DNA of 64,000 bases from Octopus sinensis (GCF_006345805.1 NC_042998.1:129518001-129582000), one strand, 5' to 3'. Positions 37,631 through 51,543 are shown, numbered from the stretch's first letter. Notes: generated by a model from the sequence alone, not told the origin. Numbers and translations are program-made.

Positions 37631-40011
37631 CTTTCAAAGCGAAACGTGGCCATGTTTGATTGAGTCTTTGTGATCTATCGTGCAGCTTTCCCAAGAGAGG
37701 TCACGACAGAAATAGCGCCAGAGGACAAGAACTTTAACAATACAATTTAAATTCTAGAGGACGCATTTCAGTGGTTAAGGAAATATAATATTACAATTGT
37801 AAAGTAAGAAATACAGTTATCTGTGTATCGCTTCATGATTGATGAAATTTCAATTTTTTTTTCATTAAAATGGTTTGTCATTCAAACAAAAATATTTCCA
37901 TTCTCTTACAATAACACAAAACTTGCAAAAAAGTATGAGCATTACAAATTCCTACGAAGTTTTGAGCTAGAAAAAGCATGGCAATACTATAGTTAAGATG
38001 TTTGGAGCCACAGACTAAATTCACAGCAGTATTCACATGCGGCTCTTTACATGCTGAGTTCAAAATCCTCCGATTGTTGATTTAATTGGCTACTCCATTC
38101 CAATAACGTGTCAGGCAATGTATCAACATTAGTAATCGATATTATAATATATATTATGTAGAGAGAGGTGTAGAAACAATATTAAAGTCCCTCTACTAAA
38201 AATAAAGTGTATAATTTTATCTCTTCTTACTGATAAAACCTCACACACGTAATAAACGTCACGACCTCATTCAGTTCAGCAAACTACCAGAGACTTTCTG
38301 CAAATTGGAAAATATACAGAAAATAATATTCCGTTATTAAATAGACTAAAATTTAACTTCCCAGTATATCATGTCTGCGACACACTTTTTATCGCCTTTA
38401 AAGGAATTTTACCCTGCCTCTATATTTTTGAATATAAATTATATCGAATGTTACTGAAAATAACTTAGCTGATTACAGAACGCGTACAATGCCTGGAGTT
38501 GTAAGGAAGCCTCTGTGTGACTAAGATGAATAAATAACAGAAGCAACAGGCATCCATTACAATTTCCTGCTAAAGCAAAGACTTTCATTGGAGAAAGCAA
38601 AAAAAAAAAAAAGAATCTATTAAATTTCAGCGGATCTGTGAATATATTAATATATAAAATAGACTTTAGGTTTCATATATGTGAAGTTGTCTACCTTCAG
38701 TCTAGAAGCTCCTCAGGATAGAGTTTATTTGGGTTTTCAAAGCGTTTAGGTTACTGAAAGTAATTAACTCTTCCACCTTCAAACTAATCCGGCTCAGGGT
38801 TATCTGCCATCTGCCACTCATTGTCCGCATCGTTGAGTGGATAAACGTGAAATAAGATGTTTATGAGAGAATCGAACCCACGACCCACTACGTCAGATCA
38901 AGACATTAACTACTGGACTAGAAAACATGAGAAAGAAATGAACACGTAGAGCTTGAGTAATTGTTGACATTGTAGTATGATTTCATTTTAACGTTATTTC
39001 TATATATATAAAACTGAGAATGTGTTTCTGTCTGTCTGTCTGTCTGTCTGTGTGTTTCCCTAAAACTTGAGAACTACAGAACCAATTTCATTCAAATTTT
39101 ACACATGCCTTACTTAAGGTCCGGGGTGTGTCATCGGCAAAAAAATCTTAACTTTTTCCCTAGGGCGACCCCACAGCAATATCATATTTCTCCACTATTT
39201 CAGTATTACGTGTTAAGAGTGAAACGAAAACATCTCTCTTTTGTAATGCAGACACTTTCACTATTAAAGGGAAAGTATTATATAACAGGGATGAACCATT
39301 AACAATGGTCATCCATTTTGCTAGAAGATCCGCTATGGTCTTATATGCTACACCACTGGTTTTCAATTCATATTAATCAAATTAATATTCAATTTTTCAC
39401 CCTTATTATGTGTGTGTGTGTATTAGCAATTCGTATAAAATCGCATCAATGACTTGAACTTGAATAAGTGGTTTACATAAATGGGGATAAATTAAAAAGG
39501 TTTGTTGTTATTATTATTACTGTTTGACTATTGTAATCACGTTTGTTGGTTTCTCGTCAGGGAAACGTTGTTGTGTTGCATTTGTTAAATAATTGTAAAC
39601 CGTAACCCTCCCCCTTTCTGAGAAGAGCTTTGGTTATTGTTTAAAAATTGAATTGTTTCCTTGTTTGGGGAAATTGACAATATTTTCACCGACTTTACGG
39701 AAGCATTTTTGTTAAAATGCCTTCGATAGAAGAAAGTCCAAAAATGAATTTCGCTGCAGCCGTATACTTCTATACAAGAGGGAGGACAAGATCCAATTGA
39801 TCGAAATTGCAAGAGACGGGCCTACAATTCCAGTCTGTTATATATTTTGAGTATTGTTATCACTAGCGATATCAAGATATAACTTTGTATTTTGTAGTTT
39901 ATGTGTAGATGTATATATATAGATGTACATGTAATGTGTACACATATATATACACATATATACATGCATAATATATCTACCCATACACACATACGCACAC
40001 ACACATACATA

Positions 40012-40150
40012 GGGGCAGGTGTGGCTGTGTGGTAACAAACTACGTTCCAAACACATGATCCTGTGTTTAGTCCCACTGTGTGGTGACTTGGCATGTGTCT
40101 TCTGCTGTAGCCTCAGACCAACAAAACCCTTCTCGGTGGATTTTGTACAT
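40012..40150 (+). mobile_element. SINE family C 5' fragment nested in the Helitron region
   Basis: gcaggtgtggctgtgtggtaa...gtttagtcccactgtgtggtgacttggcatgtgtc. Confidence 0.8.
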
Positions 40151-40166
40151 ATATACAGGCATACAT

Positions 40167-40206
<40 letters not shown>

Positions 40207-40290
40207 GCATACGTACATATTCGGCATAAAAACTCTACCACTACAACTAATAACTGTTGGAAACACTTTCAAACCTACCTTACATGCGAA

Positions 40291-42029
40291 CCGGAATCTC
40301 AATGCCCGAGTTTTCCATCTCAAGTTAATCTCTCTCATGGAGCTCATACAAAAAGGGCAAGTCTTTGGGCCCATACAATGTGACATGTACACAATCGAGT
40401 GGCAAAAAAGGGGCCTTCCACATGCTCATATCCTACTTTGGCTCTCAGCGAAGATCAATTCCAATGACATCGACAACATAATCTCTGCAGAGATTCCTGA
40501 TCCAGCTTTAGACAAAGAACTATACGAAATAGTTAAAGCAAACATGGTACATGGTCCATGTGGGCGTGGATTCAACATAAACTCACCATGCTTGAAGGAC
40601 AGCATATGTTAAAAAAGATTTCCAAGGAGGTTCCTAGAAGAAACTCAGACAGGTGCTGGTGGGTATCCATCATACAGACACAGAAAACCAGAAGACGGAG
40701 GTTTCACAGCAACTATCGGACAGCATGATATTGATAATAGATAGATTGTTCCATACTGCTCACTCCTGTCAAAGACTTTCAATGCCCACATCAACGTTGA
40801 GTTTTGCAACTCCGTTAAATCCATCAAGTACGTTTGTAAATATGTAAACAAGGGTTCTGACGCTGCAATGTTTGGACTGCAACAAGAATACTGCCAGGAT
40901 GAGGTGACGCATTATCAGGTGGGATGGTACATAAGTAGCAACGAGGCTTTCTGGCGCATCTTTGGCTTTCCAGTTCACCAACGACACCTCGCCATTCAAC
41001 AGCTGGCAGTGCACCTGGAAAATGGTCAAAGAGTGTACTTCACCGATGCTAATGCTTCTCTGTTGGCAGAGGAACCAAGGGATAGCACACTCACTGCATT
41101 CTTCAAGCTTTGTCAAGTGGATTAATTCGCTCAAACCTTGCTGTATCCACAGATTCCCTCGTACTACACTTGGAATGGAAAAAAATGGGCCCCACGGAAA
41201 GCAGATCAAAATGTTCATGGATACCCTGGCATTAAGTTTCACACTTGCGTTGGGCGAGTATACATAGTACATCCCACTCAACAAGAGTGCTTCTACTTTC
41301 GTCTACTACTGCATGAGGTCAGAGGGCCAACGTCTTTCCAGGCCCTAAAAACCGTTCATGGACATGTCTGCACAACATACATAGAAGCCTGCTATTGACA
41401 AGGTCTGTTAGAAGATGGTGCACAATGGGATGCAACTTTAGGAGAGGCTGCTTTATCACAATCACCTAAAAGTCTCAGGGCACTATTTGCAGTATTACTA
41501 CAGGCATGCGAACTGTGTGATCCGGCCACTCTATGGCTCAAATATAGAGACAACCTGGCTGAAGACTTTCAGCGCCAAGCTCAACTGCTCTATCCTGACA
41601 TGGAGGGTATCAGCAATGAAATCTATAACAAAACACTCATTGACATTGAAGACAGAATTGCTAAACTGGGTGGAAATGAATTGTCGACGTATGGCCTGCC
41701 ACAAGCATTCAGGTCAGGGTCAAATAACCTTCACACTGCTGTCATTCGTGAAACAACCTACGACACTCAAGCGCTTTCAAAGTACATTGTTGAAAATGAG
41801 CCTAAATTACTTCCGGACCAGCTGCAGGCCTACAGAACTATTCTTAACAGTGTACGCCAACCGAGGGACGAATCTTCTTCCTCGATGTCCTGGGGGGACA
41901 TGAAAAACATTTATTACACAGCTTCTCCTTGCAAAAGTTGGGCAGCATCAGGATATTGCAGTAGCTGTAGCCTCCTCTGGCATCGCAGCTACTTTGTTAC
42001 CCGGTGGCAGGACAGCACACTCAACTTCC
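40291..42029 (+). pseudogene. Helitron RepHel fragment (HUH Rep motifs 2-3 to PIF1-type helicase motif I)
   Basis: YTIEWQKRGLPHAHILLW; VHGPCG; KYVCKYVNKG; YISSNEAFWRIF; LLLHEVRGPTSF; IFFLD.PGGT*KT; VASSGIAATLLPGGRTAHS; one frame with about 4 in-frame stops until frameshifts near 41860-41890. Confidence 0.95.
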
Positions 42030-42295
42030 GGGATTGGGAGGGTGAACCCCACCTAATTTTTTCCAACAAAAATAAGGTATTTGCAGCACATTAGGAGGTC
42101 AAGGTCTTGATTTCACGCAAAAAATCTTTTTTTTTCTACCAGTAACGGAAGTTTGAAAGTGTTTAGTTAAAAAAAATAATTAAAAGGACACATACAATAT
42201 GGTCAAAACATCACATTGTCTCAGAGATCACTTACATCATTGAATTGAGTCAAAAGGGTGGGGGCATTGTCTGATTATGGAAAACAACAGCGATT

Positions 42296-42551
42296 CAAAA
42301 AGTTTAAAAAATTTTCCCCTAAAAGTTTTGAAAAATTTTTTGAAAATTTTCCTCAAAAATTTTTGACAATTTTTCGAAAACTTTTGAAAAATCTTTGAAG
42401 ACTTTTTGAAAATTCTCGCCAAAAATTTTTGAAAATTTTCCCCAAAAATTTTTGAAAAACTTTTCGACAATTTTCCCCAAAAATTTTTGAAAAATTTTTG
42501 AAAATTTTCCCCAAAAATAAAAAAAAAAATTTTTGAAAATTTAAAAAAAAA
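42296..42551. repeat. A-tract/T-tract minisatellite (aaaaatttttg / aaaattttcccc units)
   Basis: Direct reading. Confidence 0.85.
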
Positions 42552-43124
42552 TCATATGTGTAACCAACCATGAAGAACAAATCAACCGTACAAAGAAATA
42601 AAATACCAATCTCTTTAAAACGGCAACCACTTTAAGAGTACGAGAATCACCATCCCACTACATTTACGCATTCAAAGCAGTTTGCCAACGACCCTTCACC
42701 AACAACATACCCTGATAGGCTTTGTGACTACTACTAAATTAAGGCCACGACAGAGAGATAAAATGTTCTTGAAGCCGAGGATTTTAAATTTACAGAGACA
42801 ATATTTACATATCACCTGAGGAAACACAACTAGATCTCATAATGCAGGGAAATAGTTTATTAATCAAGTACATGCACATCTGGAGAACTACGTTGCGTGC
42901 AAACAATTGTATTGATTAAAAAAGAAATGTCCAACCGTACCCTTCTTGTTGACTCCAAATTTTTCAATTATCTATTCACACACGACTAATGCCCAAACGC
43001 AAACCTGGATATACATATAATACTACTACTGGAAAGCAGTTTAAATGTGAAAGTGGACGAGCAAGCTTTATACTGTATTCTACTGTTCTTAACAGAATAT
43101 ACTATAATTATATATATACATATA

Positions 43125-43258
43125 TAAGACGGGCTTCTTACGGTTTACGTCAACCAGATATACTCACAAGTCTTTGGTCGGCCCGAGTCTATAGCAGAAG
43201 ACACTTGCCCTAGGTGTCACGCAATAGTACTAAACCCAGAACCATGTGGTTGGGAATA
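43125..43258 (-). mobile_element. SINE family C 5' fragment
   Basis: gacgggcttct...ctttggtcggcccgag...gacacttgccc...accatgtggttggg. Confidence 0.85.
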
Positions 43259-43435
43259 CATATATATTTATATATATCTGTATATATATACGGCAAGATA
43301 TGTGTGTGTGTACGTGATTGTAGTTTATGCACATCCACAAATTAGCACACATGTCGCTCAAATTTTAGGAGGACATTCGTCAACATCCTATCTGGGTTTT
43401 GTCAGCTTATTTTTTTCCTGAGGCACCCGCGGATA

Positions 43436-43762
43436 GCGGTAAAAATCTATTTTCAGCCATAAATTTTAGCGGTAAAATTCTATTTTCAGCCATAGCTTTT
43501 TGACGGCGTCTAACAAAAAAAAAAACAAGATAAAGAAAAGTGAAAGAGAAGCAAAGAGTTTCACGGGAAAGACAAAGTGAGAGAGGGAGAGGGAGTAAGT
43601 GACGACGTTCATAAAAATCTATTTTCAGCCATAGCTTTCTGACGGCGTCTAACAAAAAAAACAAGATAAATAAAAGTGGAAGAGAAGCAGAGAGTTTCAC
43701 GGGAAAGACAAAGTGAGAGAGGGAGAGAGAGAGAGAGAGAGTAAGTGACGACGTTCATAAAA
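43436..43762. repeat. Tandem dimer of an about 140-bp unit plus a 26-bp sub-repeat
   Basis: ctattttcagccatagc...gacggcgtctaac...tttcacgggaaagac...gacgacgttcataaaa occurs twice. Confidence 0.92.
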
Positions 43763-44925
43763 TATATAATGTAAAATGTTTTGTCTTTTATTAAACACGA
43801 GATATAGTGTTCAAATTCAGGATGTTTTTGAAAGACACTATATTTTATAATCATAGTATATCTACTTTCTCACACAATTACAATATATTTATTTTAAATC
43901 ATTTATTTATTTTAAATCGTTCATCTTTCTCCTCCCCCTCTCTCTGTCACACGCACATTACTTTGGGTGCGAAAGAGTTTTGTTTTTATTATACGCCGAG
44001 TAAAAAAGTGTTTTGTTGACAATCCATTTATTTAACAACAAAGAAACAAAGAGGTGAGTAGCAATTTGTCAGTGAATTGCACAACATAAATGGGTACAAT
44101 TTCCGAGGCTTCCACCACACCCACTCCGTTTCACGGACCACAAAATGGGTTTTGTAGCATATTAGGAGGCCAGAGTAGTTGATTCCACGCAAAAAAAACC
44201 GATTATTTTTCTTAGTGAAAATCGTGCGAGTGTTAATCTACAAATTTAACAACATTTTCCCATTCATTTCTGTTTATGAACATGTATGCATGCACAAAAC
44301 ATGCAATGGGTGTACGTACGTACATGTGTGTTCGTGTCTGTTGCCCATATATATTTATATTATATTAATTATATTATATATATATAATATAATTAATGTA
44401 TATATAATATAACCAACTTCAATGGATTTTGCCCAAATTTGACGTCGATATTACTTAGTTTGGTTTGAAATAAAGAACTTGATTAGCTTAATAATCGTAA
44501 CTTAATCCCGGGCAAGGCCGGGTTATGCTGCTAGTTTAATATATTTTTTCTGCGATTTACTTTCTTCACACACGCATACATGAATATATTTCATTTAATT
44601 ATGTTTCATTTTTTACCACGTTTTAGCGTTAATCTGAAATGTAACGTCTACTCTCCTTTAATAAACGTAACTAGAATATAGCATACCCCTGTCGACAAAA
44701 ATGCTGAAAGTTTTATTACTGATAGAAAATGGCGCAACAACAACAATAGGAGAAATTAAATCTAGTAAATGTATGTGCATACACACAATTGAAGAACTTC
44801 AAGAATCAGATACGGTTGCAACATCTTAGTTGTAAATACATTTACAATAACATGTGTCTATGCACAGGCGCGCGCACACATGTACATATGCAGACGTCCA
44901 CACACACACACACACATTATATATA

Positions 44926-45535
44926 CAGGGTGCGGTGAATAAACTGTCGTCTAAATTATGCAAAACTGAAAATAACACTGACATCTCATTTTAACAGATA
45001 TCTTTACCAATATTACATTAAAATATGTTGAAATACTAAACAGTAAATTTATTCAATAAAATCACCATTGGCTACAACTACGGGCCTAAGACGACTTCGG
45101 AAACTCCAGCAACTTTTCTGGACAGTCTCCTTGTTGATGAATGCTGCCAAAATCCTTGTCTTCTGTTCATCTTTGATGTTACAAGGAGTTTTGTTGGTCT
45201 CTCGTTCAACTCCACCCTATACATTGTAATCAAGAGGGTTGCAGTCTGGGGAGTTTGGTGGCCAATGTTAGGGGTAATGTGGTTGCAGAAATTGTCTGAC
45301 AGACATGACTGGGTTCTCCCGTTTGCGTAGCATAGTGCAGAGTCCTGTTGTCAGACATAGAGTCTTCCAGCAGCTACCCTTTTGACCCAGAGCAGCACTA
45401 CCTCCTCCAGGTACTTGATGTTGGCATTCATGTTGAGTTGAGGCCGTGTGGGAAGCTGAACGGAGGCATAACGTCGACATCACTAGTGATCATTTCAAAC
45501 ACAATGATGTTGACTGGATGTTTAATTTTTATCAC
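44926..45535 (-). mobile_element. Tc1/mariner DD37D (maT-type) transposon 3' half with one TIR
   Basis: TA|CAGGGTG terminus; minus-strand QQDSA...WPPNSPDCNPLDY with 37 residues between the Asp residues after restoring a 1-bp deletion. Confidence 0.88.
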
Positions 45536-45720
45536 TTCCGGTACACGTTCTCTGTGCTATTTCCTCTGCCTTTACGTTCTGAGGTCGACTTTGCCTTACA
45601 CGTAAAATGAAAGATAAAAGAACAGATACGATTACTATATGTTACCATTTCTTGGCACAAAAAATGGTTGAATCATAATTTTAAACATTCGTTTATTAAA
45701 ATAATGACCTTCACATCCAA

Positions 45721-45943
45721 GGTGGCGAGCTGGCAGAAACGTTAGCACGCCGGGCGAAATGCGTAGCCGTAATTCGTCTGAGTTCAAATTCTGCCGAGGT
45801 CGACTTTGCCTTTCATCCTTTCAAGGTCGATGAATTAAGTACCAGTGGTCACTGGGGTCGATGTAATCGACTTAATCCCTTTATCTGTCCTTGTTTTGCC
45901 CCTCTGTGTTTAACCCCTTGTGGTGCAATAAATAAATAAATAA
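45721..45943 (+). mobile_element. SINE family B with 14-bp TSD
   Basis: Full head and central domain; aataatgaccttca at 45700-45713 and 45939-45952. Confidence 0.92.
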
Positions 45944-46018
45944 TGACCTTCATAAAACAATTCTTGCTTCTGTGACTTAACATACATTAAGAAGCATTAG
46001 AATATGAGAAAGTCTTTG

Positions 46019-46084
<66 letters not shown>

Positions 46085-46929
46085 ATGTATGTAACTATAT
46101 GGAGAGAGTGTGTCAGCCGTTCACATAATAATTTGCATAAAGGTCAGCAGTTCTTAGTAAGCTATAAACGTCGTATTTTGGCGTGTGTACTCTACACATC
46201 GACAGTTTCAATTTTCACGAAGCTCGGTGTGTTTTCAAACACATTGTTTGTACGGAGAATTTCTCTTCCCAGATAGTTACCGCATTTACGCATTAATCAT
46301 ATTATTCGGACTTTGAGATTATCTCCAGTGAACTTGTGTCTAATGTATACTACAAGTAGACTTATATCATAAAACGTATCTAACACTTGGCCTCAGCTAC
46401 TCCACGTTTTATTGAATATCAAGAGGTCTAATCTGCTCCTTGAGATATATAGACGTACAATGTGTGTAAGTATAGTCGATGGAGACGGCTTTGTTATATT
46501 GCTCCTCATTGCATAAGAAACCTAACCACAGATTTGTATATACTTATTTACTCACAGGAGAATTAAAAAGTTCAATCAATTTTATACATGTAAAACTTGG
46601 TTCTAGACGTTAGTTATATAAAAATAGGTTCTGTTTTTTTTAAATATTGCGTACTCCTATTTTTTGACACTTGCTCAAAAGTTACTTTCATATTTTCTTC
46701 CTCAACGTAAGTGTGTGAGTGTATGTGTGTGTATCTTTATGTGCGCGCAAGCGTTTATATAATAATGTCGCCCTTTCCTTATCCTAAAGGATATGATTTT
46801 TTTCTCATAAGATTACTTGTCTCAGTTGTTGGCACTTTACAAAATATCATTGGGCACTGCTAAGTTATCGTGATGGGTACTGCAACTATACAGACACGTG
46901 ATAAATAAAAGCTATTACATAGGGCCATC

Positions 46930-47329
46930 TGTAATAATGATGTTACTGACGATGATCGTTATGATGATGATGATGGCGATTATAATGATGACGGTGAGGT
47001 AAAAAGAATGACATTAATGAAAATGATGATGATTGCGGTGTTAATGATGATCATTATTGTAGTGATGATGATGGTGGTGATAATGATGGTTGACGATAAT
47101 GATGATGATGGTGCTTATGATGAAAATGACAATGAACGCCATCTCAGAAGAACTTTGAAGCTAACGCGAAATATATTCCTTACAGAATGTTTTTTTTTAC
47201 AAAACTCAAGTGACCAACTTTAAAATTGAGTAATAGGTATTAGTAATAGTAGTAGTTTTATAAATAATCGTTTTAGCAATAATCGCTGTTGTAGTGGTAT
47301 GAATAACAACAACAACAACAACAACAATC

Positions 47330-47378
<49 letters not shown>

Positions 47379-47420
47379 GAAGAAGAATACCGGCGATAGT
47401 TATAGTAATAATAAAATAAT
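46930..47420. repeat. Compound GAT/AGT/AAC/AAT microsatellite
   Basis: Direct reading. Confidence 0.9.
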
Positions 47421-49508
47421 CAAAAACGTTCAATCGGGGAAAGTGGATATATTTTTTGTGGAGAATACAATATAAATTCTCAAAAGGGAGAAATCAAATA
47501 ATAAATTGAAAAGCAACAATAAAAATAAATATAAAATTTAGAATAAAATAAAAACAACTCAGAAAATATAAACCATTTTTTCAAAAGAAAGCATTAATTT
47601 CAAATGCTGAAAATTGAAGATATAAGGAGAAACAATGCCTTTCATCAAATGAAATATCCCACAATTATCGCAGTCATGTCTTAAGAGAAAAGTCGATAAA
47701 GAAATATAGTTATTTCCGATAGATTAAAATTGTTTTCTTTCTTTTGGTTTTTGCACAATTTTTGTGGCTTTTCTTTTCATTTCTTAGAGTCTCTTTTTAT
47801 ATTTCTTTATCTTTATGTTGCTGTTGCTTAGAGACAGAAGATGATTTGAAGTTATTGATAAAATTGAAAGAAATGAAAAGAAAAGAAAAACTTTTTCTTT
47901 TCTTTTGAAATGAATCTTGCAAGTATAAAAGAAATATAAAATCTTATAACACGGTATTTTTTTCACGTTGTCGGGTTAAAGGAATTTGCTCATTCACCCT
48001 GACAAATAGTGTAAGAACAAAACTGTCGTGAGTTCTAGAAAATGTAATGTTAGAAGTTAAATGAATTTAATACTTGCATTTTATTATTTAAAAACACATT
48101 AATGTTTTAGGAATAATACAAACCACGTGCTTGTACCGCAATGATATTTTTGGTATTTTTATGTGTTAATAGAAACGAGTTACCGACCAAGAAATTGTTG
48201 GTTCGCGTTCTACCATCACCAATTTACCGCTCTATGGGTAACAAAATTACATCTGAACACGCATTAAGCTTTAAGTATGTCTGGCAAAATTTACTGCTTT
48301 TCGCAAAAGTAATACAGAATATGTTGACGGATCTTATTCTTGCATTAATTTGCATAAAGCAAGTATTCCAAGTTTTTTCTTTGGTGAAATAAGTCATGTC
48401 ATAAAGCATGGCAAGCTCCAAAGATACTCGAAAACAGAAAGGAATATGCTTATTTCAAACACGAAAGTAATACAAACAAAAAATTATGTTCTTTATTTTT
48501 AAAACCTGGGCCCATTCAGATATAGTGACTCATTAAGTCTTACAACTCTTCTAGAGCAAATGAAACTTATACCATAGAAATCAAATTACATATATGCAAG
48601 AATAAAGATGTATTTGTTGTGAAAAATAGAAATGTATCGACCTGGAACTGAATAATTCTACGATATTTAAATTATTTTGTTGCCGTTATAAACGTCAGCT
48701 ACTGTAGATAAAGAAAATATAACTGTTTACGATATTGGGCCCACAATTCAAAATGACAGCACTGAAAAGGAAGGATGTTGAAAATCATAAGTTGGGTAAC
48801 CTGTTATATACAACCATTGAAATAATAAAATTGTTAGATATTTTCGTGCAGATTTTCGGATCGGAAAAATACACTGTGGTATCTGATTAAGAACATTTGA
48901 GTTCTAAGATTAAATGCTACAGAAATATATTTTGCCGTTACTTATTTGGAAGGTGATCAAGTAAATATCCCTCGGTTAAATATATACCAGAGTCGATATA
49001 ATAATCCTTTGCATCTTAGACGATACTCTACCAACACAGCCAATATTTAATAACTGAAACCACTAAAAGAGAAAATAAAAGAAGATCGAAAAAGCTAATA
49101 ATTATCTTCATCTAGTGAGATCGTGGTCGTATTACAAGATTAAAAAATGACTTATATATGTATTGAAGCATCATAACAGAGTGTGCAGAAAGTGTGAAGA
49201 CGAAATTATTGAGTTCAATTTAAATTCCTTTGGTGTTGTTAAACTTTATATTCAAAGTAACGCGAAGTTTGCACCATGTTCTCAATACTCACTTCTAAAC
49301 AAAATTGTATGACTTTCGAAAATTTAAATGCTGCTTGAACCATAGTATTAAAATCGATACCGTAGATTTTGGCAGAAAGTTTATATTTTGAAGATATTAG
49401 AAGAAGGATTAAGTAAGAAACCTACCTCTCCCATATGATCCAAATCTCAGCTGTCCTCCCTAGGATGACTTGGTATTCTTCTCAGAAATTTAGGCGATTA
49501 ATTAAAAA

Positions 49509-49535
49509 CTAGCGGGACTCGTGGAAATTCCACGA
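49509..49535 (-). mobile_element. Possible orphan Helitron 3' terminus
   Basis: Minus strand: tcgtggaa-t-ttccacga hairpin, 6 nt, then CTAG|T. Confidence 0.35.
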
Positions 49536-50497
49536 AAGGCAAAGACTTAAGAGATGTAATTTAAGAAAGAAAGGCTCATTTGTATTTTTTTTTGCATATA
49601 AATCTTGTTGTTGCCTGTGCATTAGCTGATTGAAAAACACACAATAACAATCTATAAAATACTTAATACACACATCATTCGCTAGTGTTGAATTGTAATG
49701 GAGCGGCACGTTGATTATATAATTGCATATTCCTTATTACACAATATTTTATCATATTTACGTTACATTATATACAATTAATATATTCAAAACGATCTAC
49801 ATAATATATACAATGTTTGCATTTACATGATTAATTTCAATTCCCTTCTAAATAAAAAAAATAATAACACTGACGGGTAATTTGCTGTCATTTCACTTCC
49901 AGGTAATTTTTTTATATGATTTTAATTTTCTCTCCACTAAACACTATATATTTTTGTCTGTCTTTGCCTGTTTGTCTGTCGGTCTCTCTCTACCTCTTAT
50001 TTCTGCAATTTATTTAACCATGTGATTCCTCTCTTCATGTCGTTAACATTTCTCTCTTTCTCTTTATCTCTCACTTTCACTAACCACGTAACTACGTGAC
50101 AGCCTGGTTAGTGGAAGTGGTTATCTTCTATCTCACCCACTAAACCTCCATCTCCTCACACTTCCTACCTCCCCGTCACTATCACTCACCTCTCACTTCA
50201 ACTGCCCCTTCTAACACACTAAAGCGTAAGTGTGAACGAATGAACAAGCAGTATTATAATATATTGCTTCTTCGTTCGTTCTCTCGTTACGCTTTAGGTT
50301 AGATATATTTTAATGTAGATGGCCAAGTTTGAATTTTGACAAAGCAAACAAAAGCCACTGATTAGGGTAAATGTCAAAATATTCCTAATATGACCTGATA
50401 GGGTCCTGGTCGTTAACTGCACCGAGAATCTTATTGATCTATTGTAAGAACTCCTCCCCCTCCTCCTCCTCCTCCTCCACCACCACCACTACCTCCT

Positions 50498-50550
<53 letters not shown>

Positions 50551-51543
50551 TAATCATTATTATTTCAACAAAGATAATAATTGTTTTAAGCGCCTCTTAA
50601 ATATTAATAATTTTTTCACTAAGTCGAATAATTCGATTAATTAAAACGAATAGTTGGAAAAAAGTCAGAGAGGAAAATTGAATGAAGGAAAAACATATGC
50701 AACAAAAAAATTCTTCGCAGTTCTTATAGAGTAAAAATAACTTGAGAATAAAACATTAAAACTGTACTGTACTCGACATCTGACTTTTGAAAGAAGAAAA
50801 CATCCCCAATAGTACGTAGCTAATTGCCTGGAACACATCTTGTTTCTCTGGGTTTTAATCAAGAAGCCAATAAAACTAATTTTTGCTAATATTGTGTATT
50901 GGCTTCTCTTCCGTTTATATTTTTTCAAAAAAAAAAAAATAAAATTATGATTTCTTTTCTTTTTAACAATAAAAAGAAAATTGGCTTAAATTAATTACAG
51001 GGTGTGAGAAATTAAACCCTTTGACCCTATCAGAGTCAAAATTTCTTCAGTGAGAAAAAAATTAAAACAAATTTTGGAAACAGGTTTCCTCGGGAATGGG
51101 TCGGGACGGTGTCATATTGGGTTGGCAGCATTGCTTCTAGCTAAAGGAATAACATGGATATAATTGTACTTTGCTTGATTATGTCTCTGATGTCCAATAA
51201 TACACAAGCGGGAATGAACGATTTAACAATCAATGTGGTAAAAAAAAAATAGAGAATAAATATATGACAAGAAGAAAAAAAGTCGTAAAATTTCAGCAAT
51301 CCCTCAGAAAATCATTTCATCCATTACTTCAAAGGAGTATTGAATAATGATTTGGGACGATTACATTTATAATGGATTAATTGTAAAGAATTACAGATTT
51401 AAGAAACTCGCTACACAATCGCATGACTCTGAGTGCAATATCTGAGAACGTGGTATTTTAGAGCCGTGTCTTCTACTGTAAATTCGGATCTAATATCTCC
51501 TTTCGAGCTATAACTGGTAGACAGGAATTGTATGGAAGCCACA

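Larger units (their letters stand above)
38999..44534 (+). mobile_element. Putative composite Helitron (5' TC-(TA)n end, RepHel remnant, 3' hairpin-CTAG end)
   Basis: 5' tctatatatataaaactgag + (TCTG)n at 38999; 3' cccgg-gcaagg-ccggg (44507-44522), 8 nt, then CTAG|T (44531-44535). That both ends belong to one element is inferred. Confidence 0.55.
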
